Origin: Scenedesmus sp. PABB004
Lineage: Eukaryota
Length of the DNA: 64,000 nt
Assembly (NCBI GenBank): GCA_014905635.1
Contig: JABVCE010000020.1
Coordinates: forward strand, 496,001 to 560,000
Direction of reading: 5' to 3'
The translations under genes were made by a program, and so were the position numbers. The notes beneath the pieces were generated by a model. The model was not told the origin of the DNA, ran no database searches, and saw only the letters and a program-made list of their open reading frames with translations. Shown in pieces: positions 12,886 to 22,258 of this stretch; the first letter of the stretch is position 1, and the number at the start of each line of letters is the position of its first letter.

Positions 12886-13003
12886 GCGGGGCGAGGGCTG
12901 GTCAAGCCCTGGTCGACGCGGGCAGCAGGTGGTGAGCCCTGGCCGACGCGGGCAGCAGGTGGTGAGGGGCTCACCCTGGTTGACGCGGGCAGCAGGTGGA
13001 GAG
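12858..13003 (+). repeat. Four degenerate ~29-30 bp copies of the protease CDS end including its stop codon
   Basis: cctggtcaacacggtcagcaagtggtgag (12858) followed by cctggYYgacgcgggcagcaggtggWgag at 12908, 12938 and 12975. Confidence 0.85.
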
Positions 13004-13627
13004 GCGCGCGCCGACGCGGCGCGCGTCGGCGCGGCGCGGCGCGTCCTGCGAGCCGCGAGCTGGCCGGCGACGCCACGGCCGGCGGCGAGCGGCATGGGCT
13101 TGTGTCGAGCGCGGCGGCGGGACGGGCGCGGGGGGCTGCAAGCAGTGCTCCCCGCGCCCTCCCCCGCGCGCGTGCGTGTGCGGAGGCTTTGGCTCGGGGT
13201 CTCGGGACGGCCGCCGCGGCGCCCCCGCGCGCGCGGCAGCCGGGCGCGCAGCGCGGCGCTGCGCAGCGAGCGACGAGCGCCCGCGGCGCCCCGGCGGGCG
13301 GCCGCGCGGAACGGGGGCGGACGGGGGGCCCGCCGCATCGCGGCGCCGGCGACGGGGCCGGCGGGCGCGGCCGCGCAGGCGCGGCCCCGGACGGCGGGTG
13401 CACAGGGGGTTTTGTCTTTGGGCGGCAGGAGGGGCACACTTCGTCTGTCTGTACAGTTTCACTGCCAAACGCCTGGTCGGCAGCACTGCCGGCCCCGCGC
13501 GTCGCTGCAACACGCGACAGCGGATCTCTCGGGCCTCCCCGGCGTGGGCGCAGCAGCAGAGCACTGCCGGCGCGCTGTGCGCCGCGCGCGCCTGGGCGTG
13601 CACGCAGGAGCGCAGAGCCCCGCGCTG

Positions 13628-13667
13628 TGTAAGCCGTGGGCGCCCCACCAATCTTCAGCTCGTTACA
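13628..13667. terminator. Convergent TGTAA poly(A) signals (+ 13628-13632; - 13663-13667)
   Basis: TGTAA is the established chlorophyte poly(A) signal. The two copies lie between the convergent protease and OTU genes. Confidence 0.6.
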
Positions 13668-13711
13668 GCGCTGCGCCCAGCCAAGCCGCGGCCGCTGCAC
13701 CTGGCGCCGCC

Positions 13712-13867
13712 TCACGCCGCCGCGACTTCGCTGAACGCCGCGTGCCCCGTGGCCGCGGCGTGGGCCCTGGCCGCGTCCACGCCCTGCACGCGCTCGCCGC
13801 AGTCGTTGCATGCCAGCGCCGCCGCCGCGTGCTCCGCCGCCGCCGCGCCGGCAGGCCCGGCGCCGGG

Positions 13868-13900
<33 letters not shown>

Positions 13901-15796
13901 GGCCGCCTCGGCCGCCGCCGCCTTCTGCTGCTGCTGCTGCTGCTTCTGCTGCTCCTGGTGCGTCGGCCGCCCCTTGCGGTGAAGCTTCACCTGCGCGCGA
14001 CGCGGTCAGCGCACGCCCCGCGCAGCGCGCCGCCCCGCCGCGCCGTGCCCCCCCCCCCGGCGCACCAGCGCCGCCGCGGCCGCCGTGATCGCGCGGCCGC
14101 GCCGCGTGCGGGGGTTGAACTCCGTCACGTCGTCGTCGGGCGGCGCCCGCGGGCCGGCCGCGACCGCGAGCGCGTCGTAGTGTGTGCCGGTATACATCAC
14201 CATCACGCGCTTGGCGTAGCCTGGCGGTTTGGGGTGTAGAGTTGGTTGGGGTGTAGAGTTGGTTGCGACACACCATGCGTGTGCGTCGGGGCGAGAGGGG
14301 GGGGGGGGGAGCGAGGTGATTGTCAGAGATGAGGCAGCGACGGACGAGCACGCGCACGCAGTTGGTGGGCGGGTGCGGCGTGGTGCGCGTGCAGCGCCGC
14401 CGCACCCTTCTCCTCGCCAAAGACGTGGCACGCGCCGGTCTCGAGGTTCCACGCCGCGATCTCACGCCTGGCGGGGCGCGCGGGCGCGCGGCGGGGCGCG
14501 CCGGAGGTCGCAGGCCCACGCGCGCCCGGCTACCAAGGCGCGGCGGCAGCGCAGCGCGCGCCCCCCGCGCGCCCGCGGCCCCCAGCCCGCGCCCGCCCCC
14601 GCCCGGCCTCCGACGCTGCGCCCCGCGGCCCCCGGCCCGCGCCCGCCCGCGCCGCCGCGCCGCACCGGTAGTGCGCGGCGAGGATGGCGAGCTCGATGCC
14701 GCCGCCCCAGTGCGCTGGGTTGGTGATCCAGGCGCAGTACGCGGCGTTGGACATCCCCAGGAACGCGTCGCTGTACACCTAAGGATTGTGTGTGTGTGTT
14801 GTGTGTTGTGTGTGTGTTGTGCGTGTTGCATTGCGTGGTGTGTGCTGTGTGCTGTGTGCGCTGGTTGGGTCGACGGCGCGGCGGCGCGGCGGCGCGGCGG
14901 CGCGCCTGTGGGTCGCTCGAGACCTCGCGCGACACAACCTGGCGCAGGAACGGCGCGCGGTTGGTCGCGTGGTGCATGCAGTACCCGACCGCGTTGAACA
15001 GGCAGCTGTTGTCGGCCGCGATCGGCCGCAGCGCCACGACGGCCGAGCCGTCGGCGAGCGGGGCGCAGGCCTTGCTCGGCCGCAGGCGCGCGTTGGGGCC
15101 TGCGCGGGGCGGCGCGGGGCGGCGCGGCGGCCGTCGCGGGCGGGCGGGCGGGCGGGCGGCGGCGCTGCGGGGGCGCCGCGGGGGCGCGCGCGCGCGCGGG
15201 GGCCCTTGCGCGGCGCCCGCGGCGCACCCGGCGTCGCCTTGGCCTTGGCGCCCCCCGGCGCGCTGGCCGCGGCGCGCGGCGCGCCGCGCCGCCGCGCGGC
15301 GAGCAGCGCGGCGGCCGCTGCCGCTGCCGCCACGCCGGCGGCGACGCCCGCCGCGAGGCCCGGCCGGCTGGCGAGGCCGCCCGCGGCGGACGCGCAGGCG
15401 GCCGTGACGCGCTCGAGCGCGCCCGCGCGCTCCGCTGGCGGGTCGGCCGCCGCCGCGGCCGCGGCCGCCGCCGCGCGCGCTGCCAGCGCCGCCTCCAGCT
15501 CCTCCTCGGTGTCGGCGTCGGGGTCTGCATCCGGCCTGTGGGCAGCGCCCCGCGCGGCGGCGCTCAAGCCAGCGGCGCACGGCAGCGGCGGCGCTCGGCA
15601 GCTGCTGCACGCGCTCGCTCGCTGCTCATTGGCGGGGGCGGTCGGCCCGGACGCCCGGGGCAGGGTGGGGGCCCGCAGGGCGCCGCTGCTGCCGGCGCGG
15701 CGGGCGGCGGCCGCCGCACCGCTGCTCGTCGCTCTCGCTCTCCTCCTGGCGCCGCCGATACCTCACCGGCGCCGCGCGACTGCTCGAGTGCTGCAT
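13712..15796 (-). CDS. YOD1: OTU1/YOD1-type deubiquitinase with C-terminal C2H2 zinc finger, multi-exon
   Basis: IAADNSCLFNAVGY (catalytic D..C), HWGGGIELAIL, MVMYTGTHYDAL (His), ACNDCG...AHAAATGH zinc finger. The start ATG at 15796 is inferred from phase-compatible splicing and is less certain. Confidence 0.88.
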
Positions 15797-16075
15797 CGCG
15801 GGCAGCAGCTCCGGGTGGCGAGCTGGTGCTGCCGGCTGCTGGCGGCGGCAACGGCGGGCGCTGCTGCTGGCGTGCGAGCGTGCGAGTGTGCGGCGGCGGC
15901 TGTGGACTGGCCGTGCTGGCACTGTGCTGCTGTGCGCACGCGGGCACGCGCGCAAGCGGCCGCGGCGCCCCGCGGCTCGGCCAGGGCTCAGGCGCGTCTT
16001 GGTTGCCGTTTGGCACCAACTCTGCCAGCCCACAACACGCCGCCGCCACTGCCACCGCCGCCGCCAGCGTCCTGC

Positions 16076-16675
16076 TCACAGGGCGAGGCCCAAGTAGCAG
16101 CAGAGCAGCGCGGCGACGCGGCCGCGCGAAACCGCTACCAGCAGCGCGCCGCACAGCCCCACCGCCGCGGCGACCAGCAGGCCGCGCAGCAGCAGCAGCA
16201 GCGGCCGCGGCCGCGCCGGCGGCACCGCCGACGGCCGCGCCGCAGGGCCGTCGGACAGCCACGCGCCTGCTGCTCCGCCGCCGCTGGCCGCCGCGAGCTG
16301 CCCGCGGCCGCGCCGCTCCGCGGCGGCGCCGTCGGCTGGGCGCGGCCGCGCCCAGCCCGGCCACGACGCGCCCAGGCCGGCCAGCAGCGCGGCGCCGCCG
16401 GCGTCCGCGGCGCGAGCATAGAACACGCGCGGCCCGCCGCCGCCGAGGACGTCGCCGTAGCAGACGTGCGGCGCACCCCGGCCGAACGCCGACAGCCCCA
16501 GCTGCGCGCCTTTTAGCCGGTCGGGCTGCCGGGCGGCGGCGCCCGGCAGCAGCGGCTCGCTCGCGCCGTCGCCGCGGAAGCGCCGCGCGCCCAGGCTCCC
16601 CCGCGGCGGTCGCCGGGTGTGCCCCGGGACGAGGGGCGCGCGTCGGGGCCACGCGGACGCGGCGTGGGCGCGCAT
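16076..16675 (-). CDS. Hypothetical intronless 199-aa protein with a hydrophobic C-terminus
   Basis: ATG-to-TGA ORF with GC3-rich codons ending LLLLLRGLLVAAAVGLCGALLVAVSRGRVAALLCCYLGLAL. No family recognised. Confidence 0.35.
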   Translation of the reverse strand: MRAHAASAWPRRAPLVPGHTRRPPRGSLGARRFRGDGASEPLLPGAAARQPDRLKGAQLGLSAFGRGAPHVCYGDVLGGGGPRVFYARAADAGGAALLAGLGASWPGWARPRPADGAAAERRGRGQLAAASGGGAAGAWLSDGPAARPSAVPPARPRPLLLLLRGLLVAAAVGLCGALLVAVSRGRVAALLCCYLGLAL

Positions 16676-17046
16676 GGGCGGCGAGGCGGACGCTGCAGCA
16701 GCTCCGACACGCACGACGGCGGGCGCGGTCGCGTGCGGCCGGCGGGCGTGGCCGTGATCGCAGGTGGCGGTGGCGGAACTGCGCGGGGGGCGGGCGGGAT
16801 GCCGGGATGAGGCGAGCAGACGGACCGGTGAGGTTGCGCCCCGCGCCGGGCCCTGGGCACACGCTGCAGCCACGTCGCGCGGCCTGGCCCCGCGGGATCG
16901 CCCGCGCGCCGCGCGCCCTCGCATCCGAAGCCGCCGCCCGCCCACCAGCGCGCCTGCAAGGGAGGAGAGGGCGCGCCATCACGCACGCAGCAGCACCAGC
17001 AGCACAGCCGCGCCTGCGTGGCCGGGCGCTCGACACGCACGCCGGC

Positions 17047-17793
17047 ATGAGCTCCCTGGTGCTGGCAGCGGCCGCGGCGCGCGCGCTGGGCGCGCAGGCG
17101 CCGCGCCAGCCGCTGCTGCTGTCGCTCGCGCGCCCCCTGCGCGCGCTGGGCGGCCCCGCGCGCGCCGGCGCCTGGCCGGCCGGGCCCGCCGGCGCGGCGG
17201 CCTTCACCTCCAGCGCGCCGGCGGCCTACAACGGCCGGGGCAGCGGCGGCAGCCAGCTCTACGCGCCTCCCCGGCCCCCGCCCAACTACGGCATCAGGCG
17301 AGCCCGCCGCGCGAGCCCGCGCCCGATCCCGCGCCGGCCAGGCGTGAGGCGGGCCCGCGGCACCATGCGGGCGCGGCGCGCCGCGATCAGGGCGCCGCTG
17401 CGCGGCCGCGCGCTGCCGCCGCGGCGCGCACGCGCGACCGCAGACCGCGCCGCCGCCGCCGCCGCCGCCGCGCGCAGGGTGGTGCCGGAGAAGACGGCCT
17501 TCGTGATCGAGCGGTGCGCGCCGCCGCGGGCACGGGCGCCACCGCGGCCGCGCGCGAGCCGCCGACGCCCCTCCCTCGCGCCGCCGCGCTCGCCGCAGGT
17601 TTGGCAAGTTCAGCCGCATCCTCGACGCGGGGCTGCACTTCCTCATCCCCGTGGTCGACAAGATCGCGTACGTGCACACGCTCAAGGAGCTCGCCATCCC
17701 CATCAGCCACCAGACCGCGATCACCAAGGACAACGTCACGATCACCATCGACGGCGTGCTCTACGTCCGGGTGCGCGGCGCTGTTATTCTTAC

Positions 17794-17868
<75 letters not shown>

Positions 17869-19558
17869 CCCCCCCCCTCTCTCTCTCTTGTTTGGCACGC
17901 CGGGCCCCCAAGCTGCAGCCGCCGCGGCCGGCCGGCCGCCGCGTCAGACCCGCCCCTCCGCCGCCGCATCCGACAAGCGCAGGTGACCGACCCCGTGCGC
18001 GCGTCGTACGGCGTCGACAACGCGCTCTACGCGGTGGGGCAGCTCGCGCAGACGACGATGCGCAGGCGCGCGCGCGGCGGCGGCGCGCGCCGCGGCGCGG
18101 GGCGCGGCGCGGCGCGGGGCGCGGCCCGGGGCGCGGCCGTCGTGGGCGAGGGTGCACGCACACGTGGCGCACCCACCCACGCGCACACCCACGCCCACCC
18201 ACGCCCACATGCCCACACGCCCACACCCGCCCACACACCCACACACGCACCCACACACGCCCGCAGCGAGCTGGGCAAGATCACGCTTGACAAGACCTTT
18301 GAGGAGCGCGAGGCGCTCAACGCGGCGATCGTGGGGTCGATCAACGCCGCGGCCGACGCGTGGGGCCTGCAGTGCCTGCGCTACGAGATCAAGGACATCA
18401 CGCCGCCGGAGGGTGCGGGCGGCGGCCGCGGCGGGCGGGGTTCAGCGGGCGCGGGGTTTTGAGCGGGCGCGGGGCTGGGGGGACGCGCGAGGCGGCCGGC
18501 GGCGAGCATCTGCGTCCACGCGTGCACGCGTCCACGCCCCCCCCCCCCCTCACCCGCAGGCATCATTCAGGCGATGGAGCTGCAGGCCGAGGCGGAGCGC
18601 CGCAAGCGCGCGTCGATCCTCGAGTCGGAGGGCCAGCGCCAGGCGGCCATCAACGTCGCGGAGGGCGCCAAGCAGGAGGTGGGCGCGGCGGCCCCTCCCC
18701 CCGCGCGGGGCGCCGCCGCCGGCGCCGCGCAGCGCGCGTTGCCGCGGGGCGGGCGGGCGCCGCCGCGGGCCGGGCCCGAGCCCCGCCGCGCCCGCCGCGC
18801 CCGCCGCGCCCGCGCCGCGGCAGGTGATCCTGTCGTCGGAGGCGACCAAGCAGGCGGCCATCAACCACGCGAGCGGCGAGGCCACCGCGATCACCGCGCG
18901 CGCGCAGGCGACCGCCGCGGGCATCCGCATGGTTGCCGGCGAGCTCGGGGGCTCGAGCGGCGCGTCGGCGGCGCAGCTGCGCGTGGCGGAGCAGTACGTG
19001 GAGGTGCGGCGGCGCGCGCGCCGGCGCGGGGCCGCGGCCGCGGCACCGGCGGGGCGCGCGCGCCGACCGCGCGCCCGCCGACCGCGCGCCCGCGCGCTGC
19101 AGGCGTTCCGGCAGCTCGCCAAGCAGGGCAACACGCTGCTGCTGCCGGCCAACGTGGCCGACCCGGCGTCGATGGTCGCCCAGGCGATGTCGGTGTTCAA
19201 CACCATGCAGGCCGCCGGCCAGCAGCAGCAGCTCCCGTCCGGCCCCGCCGGCGGCGGCGGCGGTGCGGGCGGCGGCGGCGGCGGCGGCGGCGCGAGCCCG
19301 CGCGGCGCCGGCGCCGCCGCGGCCGCGGCGGCGCTGGGCAAGGCCGGCGGCGGCAGCGGCGGCGGCGGCGCGGGCGCCGCGCGGCAGTTCAGCGGCGCGG
19401 CCGGCAGCGGCGAGGGCTCGGCGGCGCCCGCGGGCGCCGCAGCCGCGGCGGCGGGCCTGACCGCCGCAGCGGCGGGCGACGCCGCGGCGTTGGGGGCGTG
19501 GCCCTCGCTCGGCGGCTCGCCTCCCGTGTTCAGCTTGAGAGCCGGGTTTGATGAGTGA
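17047..19558 (+). CDS. STOML2: Stomatin-like protein 2 (mitochondrial SPFH/Band-7), 8 exons
   Basis: [88 protein letters not shown]. Confidence 0.95.
17799..17866. repeat. (TC)n microsatellite in a stomatin intron
   Basis: About 34 perfect TC units followed by a C run. Confidence 0.97.
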
Positions 19559-19936
19559 GCGCGCGAGGGTCGGGCCCGGGTCCGCGCCGCACTCGGCGGC
19601 GGCTCGCGGGAGCGCGCGGTTTGCGCGGGCGCGCCTGCGCCCCGTTTTGATGTTGGTGGTGGCGGCGTTTGTGGTGGCGGTGGCGGGTGTGTGCAACAGC
19701 CTGGGAGAGAGAGAGCCGCGGGGGCGCGCGCCGCTCGACGGCGGCGGGGCTCAGCCGCGCCGCGCCGCACGCTCGCCTCCCGCTTGCCGCCAGCGCCGCG
19801 CCGGCCCCTCTCGGCACACGCTGCGTCCCAGGGCCAGCCCAAGCCAGCCTGCCCGCGATCGAGCACGAAACCCTTCTCGCTCTCTCTCGCGATCGAGCGA
19901 GCGCAGCCCGGAGCGCGCCCTGCGCCCGCAGCAGCC

Positions 19937-20692
19937 ATGCAGGTGGCCCCCAACAGCGGCGGCATCCAGAAGCTGCTCGCAGCGGAGCAGGAGGCGTCCC
20001 GGATCGTGGCGGAGGCGCGCAAGGGTGCGCGCGCAGCAGCAGCGCGGGCCTGCCGGCCCACTAGCCGCGCCGGGCTCGCACGCCGCTGCCCACCACGCGG
20101 AGCCAGACCAGGGCAACGCCTGACCGGCAGCGGGGCCCGGCGGGCGCCGCCGGCGCCGCGCCGCCCGGCAACGCGCCGCCGCTGCTCCGCCTGCGCCGCG
20201 CAGCCAAGGCCGAGCGCCTGCGCCAGGCCAAGGCGGAGGCGGAGAAGGAGATTGCAGCGTACCGCGCGGAGCGGGAGGGCGCCTACCAGAAAAAGCTCGC
20301 CGAGGCGCGGCTCGCGGGCCGACCGCGGCGGGCGCACGCCGCGCTGCGGGCCGCTGCGCGCCGACCGCCCCCGCCCCGCCGCGCCGGCCGCGCGCGCAGA
20401 GCTCGTCGGGCGCCGCGAGCACGCTGGAGCGGCTGACCAAGGAGACGGAGGCCAACATCGGCCAGGTGCACGCCGACGTCGCCGCCAAGAAGGGCCTGGT
20501 GCGACGCCGGCGGCGCTGCGCAGGCAGGGGGGAGCAGAGGGGCGCGCGCCCCCGCCCCCGCGCCTCCAGTGGCACAGGCTGCCGGCCGCGCCGCCGCGGC
20601 ACGTGCGGGGCTGGCTGCCCACGCGCTGCGCCGCGCCGCGCGCACAGGTGGTCGACCTGATCACGAACCACGTGACCACCGTCAAGCTGTAG
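19937..20692 (+). CDS. VHA-G: V-type ATPase subunit G, 4 exons
   Basis: [47 protein letters not shown]...[14 protein letters not shown]; TGTAA at 20810. Confidence 0.95.
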   Translation: [251 protein letters not shown]

Positions 20693-20991
20693 GGCTAGAC
20701 GCAGTCTCGAAGCAGCACTCTTGACCTCCCTGCCGCACGGAGCGCGGGGACGGCGCCGCCCAGCAGCGGGCGCACGCGGGGGCGGCGTCCGCTCGCTGCT
20801 GCGAGCGAGTGTAATCCATCGCTGTACTGCACGCAGCGGCGCGGCGGCCTCGCTCCCCCGCGCACGCACGCCGGGCGCTCGTTACCGGCAGGGCGCTCGG
20901 CGGCCGCCGCACAGCGCCCCACGCCCCGCCGCGCCGCGCGGCGCAGCCTGCACTCGCTCGCTCGCTGCGCGCGGCCGCCGGCGCCGCGGCG

Positions 20992-21720
20992 TCACTTGGA
21001 GCTGGGGGTGTAGGGCGTGTCGAGATTGACGCTGTCGCCGAGCCGGGCGTAGAGCTTGGCGCGCAGCTCGCCCAGCGTCTCGGCGCTGCGCGCGAGCTCG
21101 GCCTCCAGCGCCCTGCGCGTGCGGCGCGGCGCGGCGGGCTCGCCACGCGCGCGCCAGTCCGCCGCGCGCGCGCGCAAGAGAGACAGGGACAGAGGGTGGG
21201 AGGGAGAGGGACTCGGCTCGGCCAGCGCGGGCGCGGCGCGCGCCTGTGCTGCGCTTTGGCCTCGGCGGTCAGCTCGTCGAGCCGCGCCTCGGCGGCGTCG
21301 TGCGGCACCGCCCAGAAGCACTCGCCGACGCGCAGCCGCACGCCCTCGTCGTCGTCCGCGAGCATCAGCTCCGCCGACGCGTCGTCCAGGTCGTCCAGCA
21401 GCTTCTGCGCGCGGCAGGAGCTCGGCGCGTGCGCGCGCGGGGTGCGCGCGCGCGGCGGCGGCGGCGGCGGCGCACGGCGGCGGCAGCATCTGCACGCAGC
21501 GGCACGCAGCGCCGGACCTTTTGCTGCTTGACCTCCTCCTCGAGGTCGCCCATCTTGCTGTACAGGTTGCTGAAGGCGTTGATGTTCTTCTGGTCCTCCC
21601 ACGTCACCGTGGGCTTGGCGGCGGCCTGCGGCGCGCGTGCGTGTGCGGCGCCGCCAGCGCCCCGCGCTGGCGCAGCGGCTGCGCCCGCTGCTCGCGCTCG
21701 CGCCGCCGCACCCCGCTCAT
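20992..21720 (-). CDS. PFDN4: Prefoldin subunit 4, 4 exons
   Basis: VTWEDQKNINAFSNL, DLDDASAELMLADDD, VGECF, LRAKLYARLGDSVNLD. Confidence 0.93.
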
Positions 21721-22258
21721 CGCTGCTGCTGCCGCCGCGGTCTGGGCTTGCGGAACCGCCTGACCACGTCCTCAGCGGGCAGGCGGCGGGCGGCGATCAG
21801 GCGCCTCTCGCGGTCTGGGGCGGGGTGCTTTGTGATGGGCGTGCTGCTGCTGCGCCTGCGCGCGCGGTCGTCGGCTGCCAGCGGTCTGGTGGCGCGGAGT
21901 ATGGGCCAGAGGGCAGCGTACGGAAGGCCCCGGTTCGCTGGGTCACCGGCGGCGGCGCGGTTTGCGCTCCCGCCGCCGCGCGACTGCTCGCTCGCCCGCC
22001 CCCGTCGCCGCGTCCGTCGGACGCCGTCAGTGAGTTGACGGCCCCCGCTCGCTCGCGCGCCACCTGCGCGCCGCGCTTGTACATACGCCCGCACACGCCC
22101 GCGTGGGCCGCCGCCCACGCCAGTGCCGCCGGTTATTCCTCGCGGGCGCGCCACATGTCATCGGTGTGGCGGCATGCCGCGGACCGCCCCCTCCCACCGT
22201 CACCCCGCCCCGCCCCGACAAAAACCGCGCAGCCCCAGCTGGGCCGCGCCGCCGCGCC

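Noticed and set aside
12908..13003. CRISPR-like ~30-bp repeats (also 32816-32895 and 43742-43817)
   Set aside because: Head-to-tail with no unique spacers, no cas genes, and a eukaryotic context.
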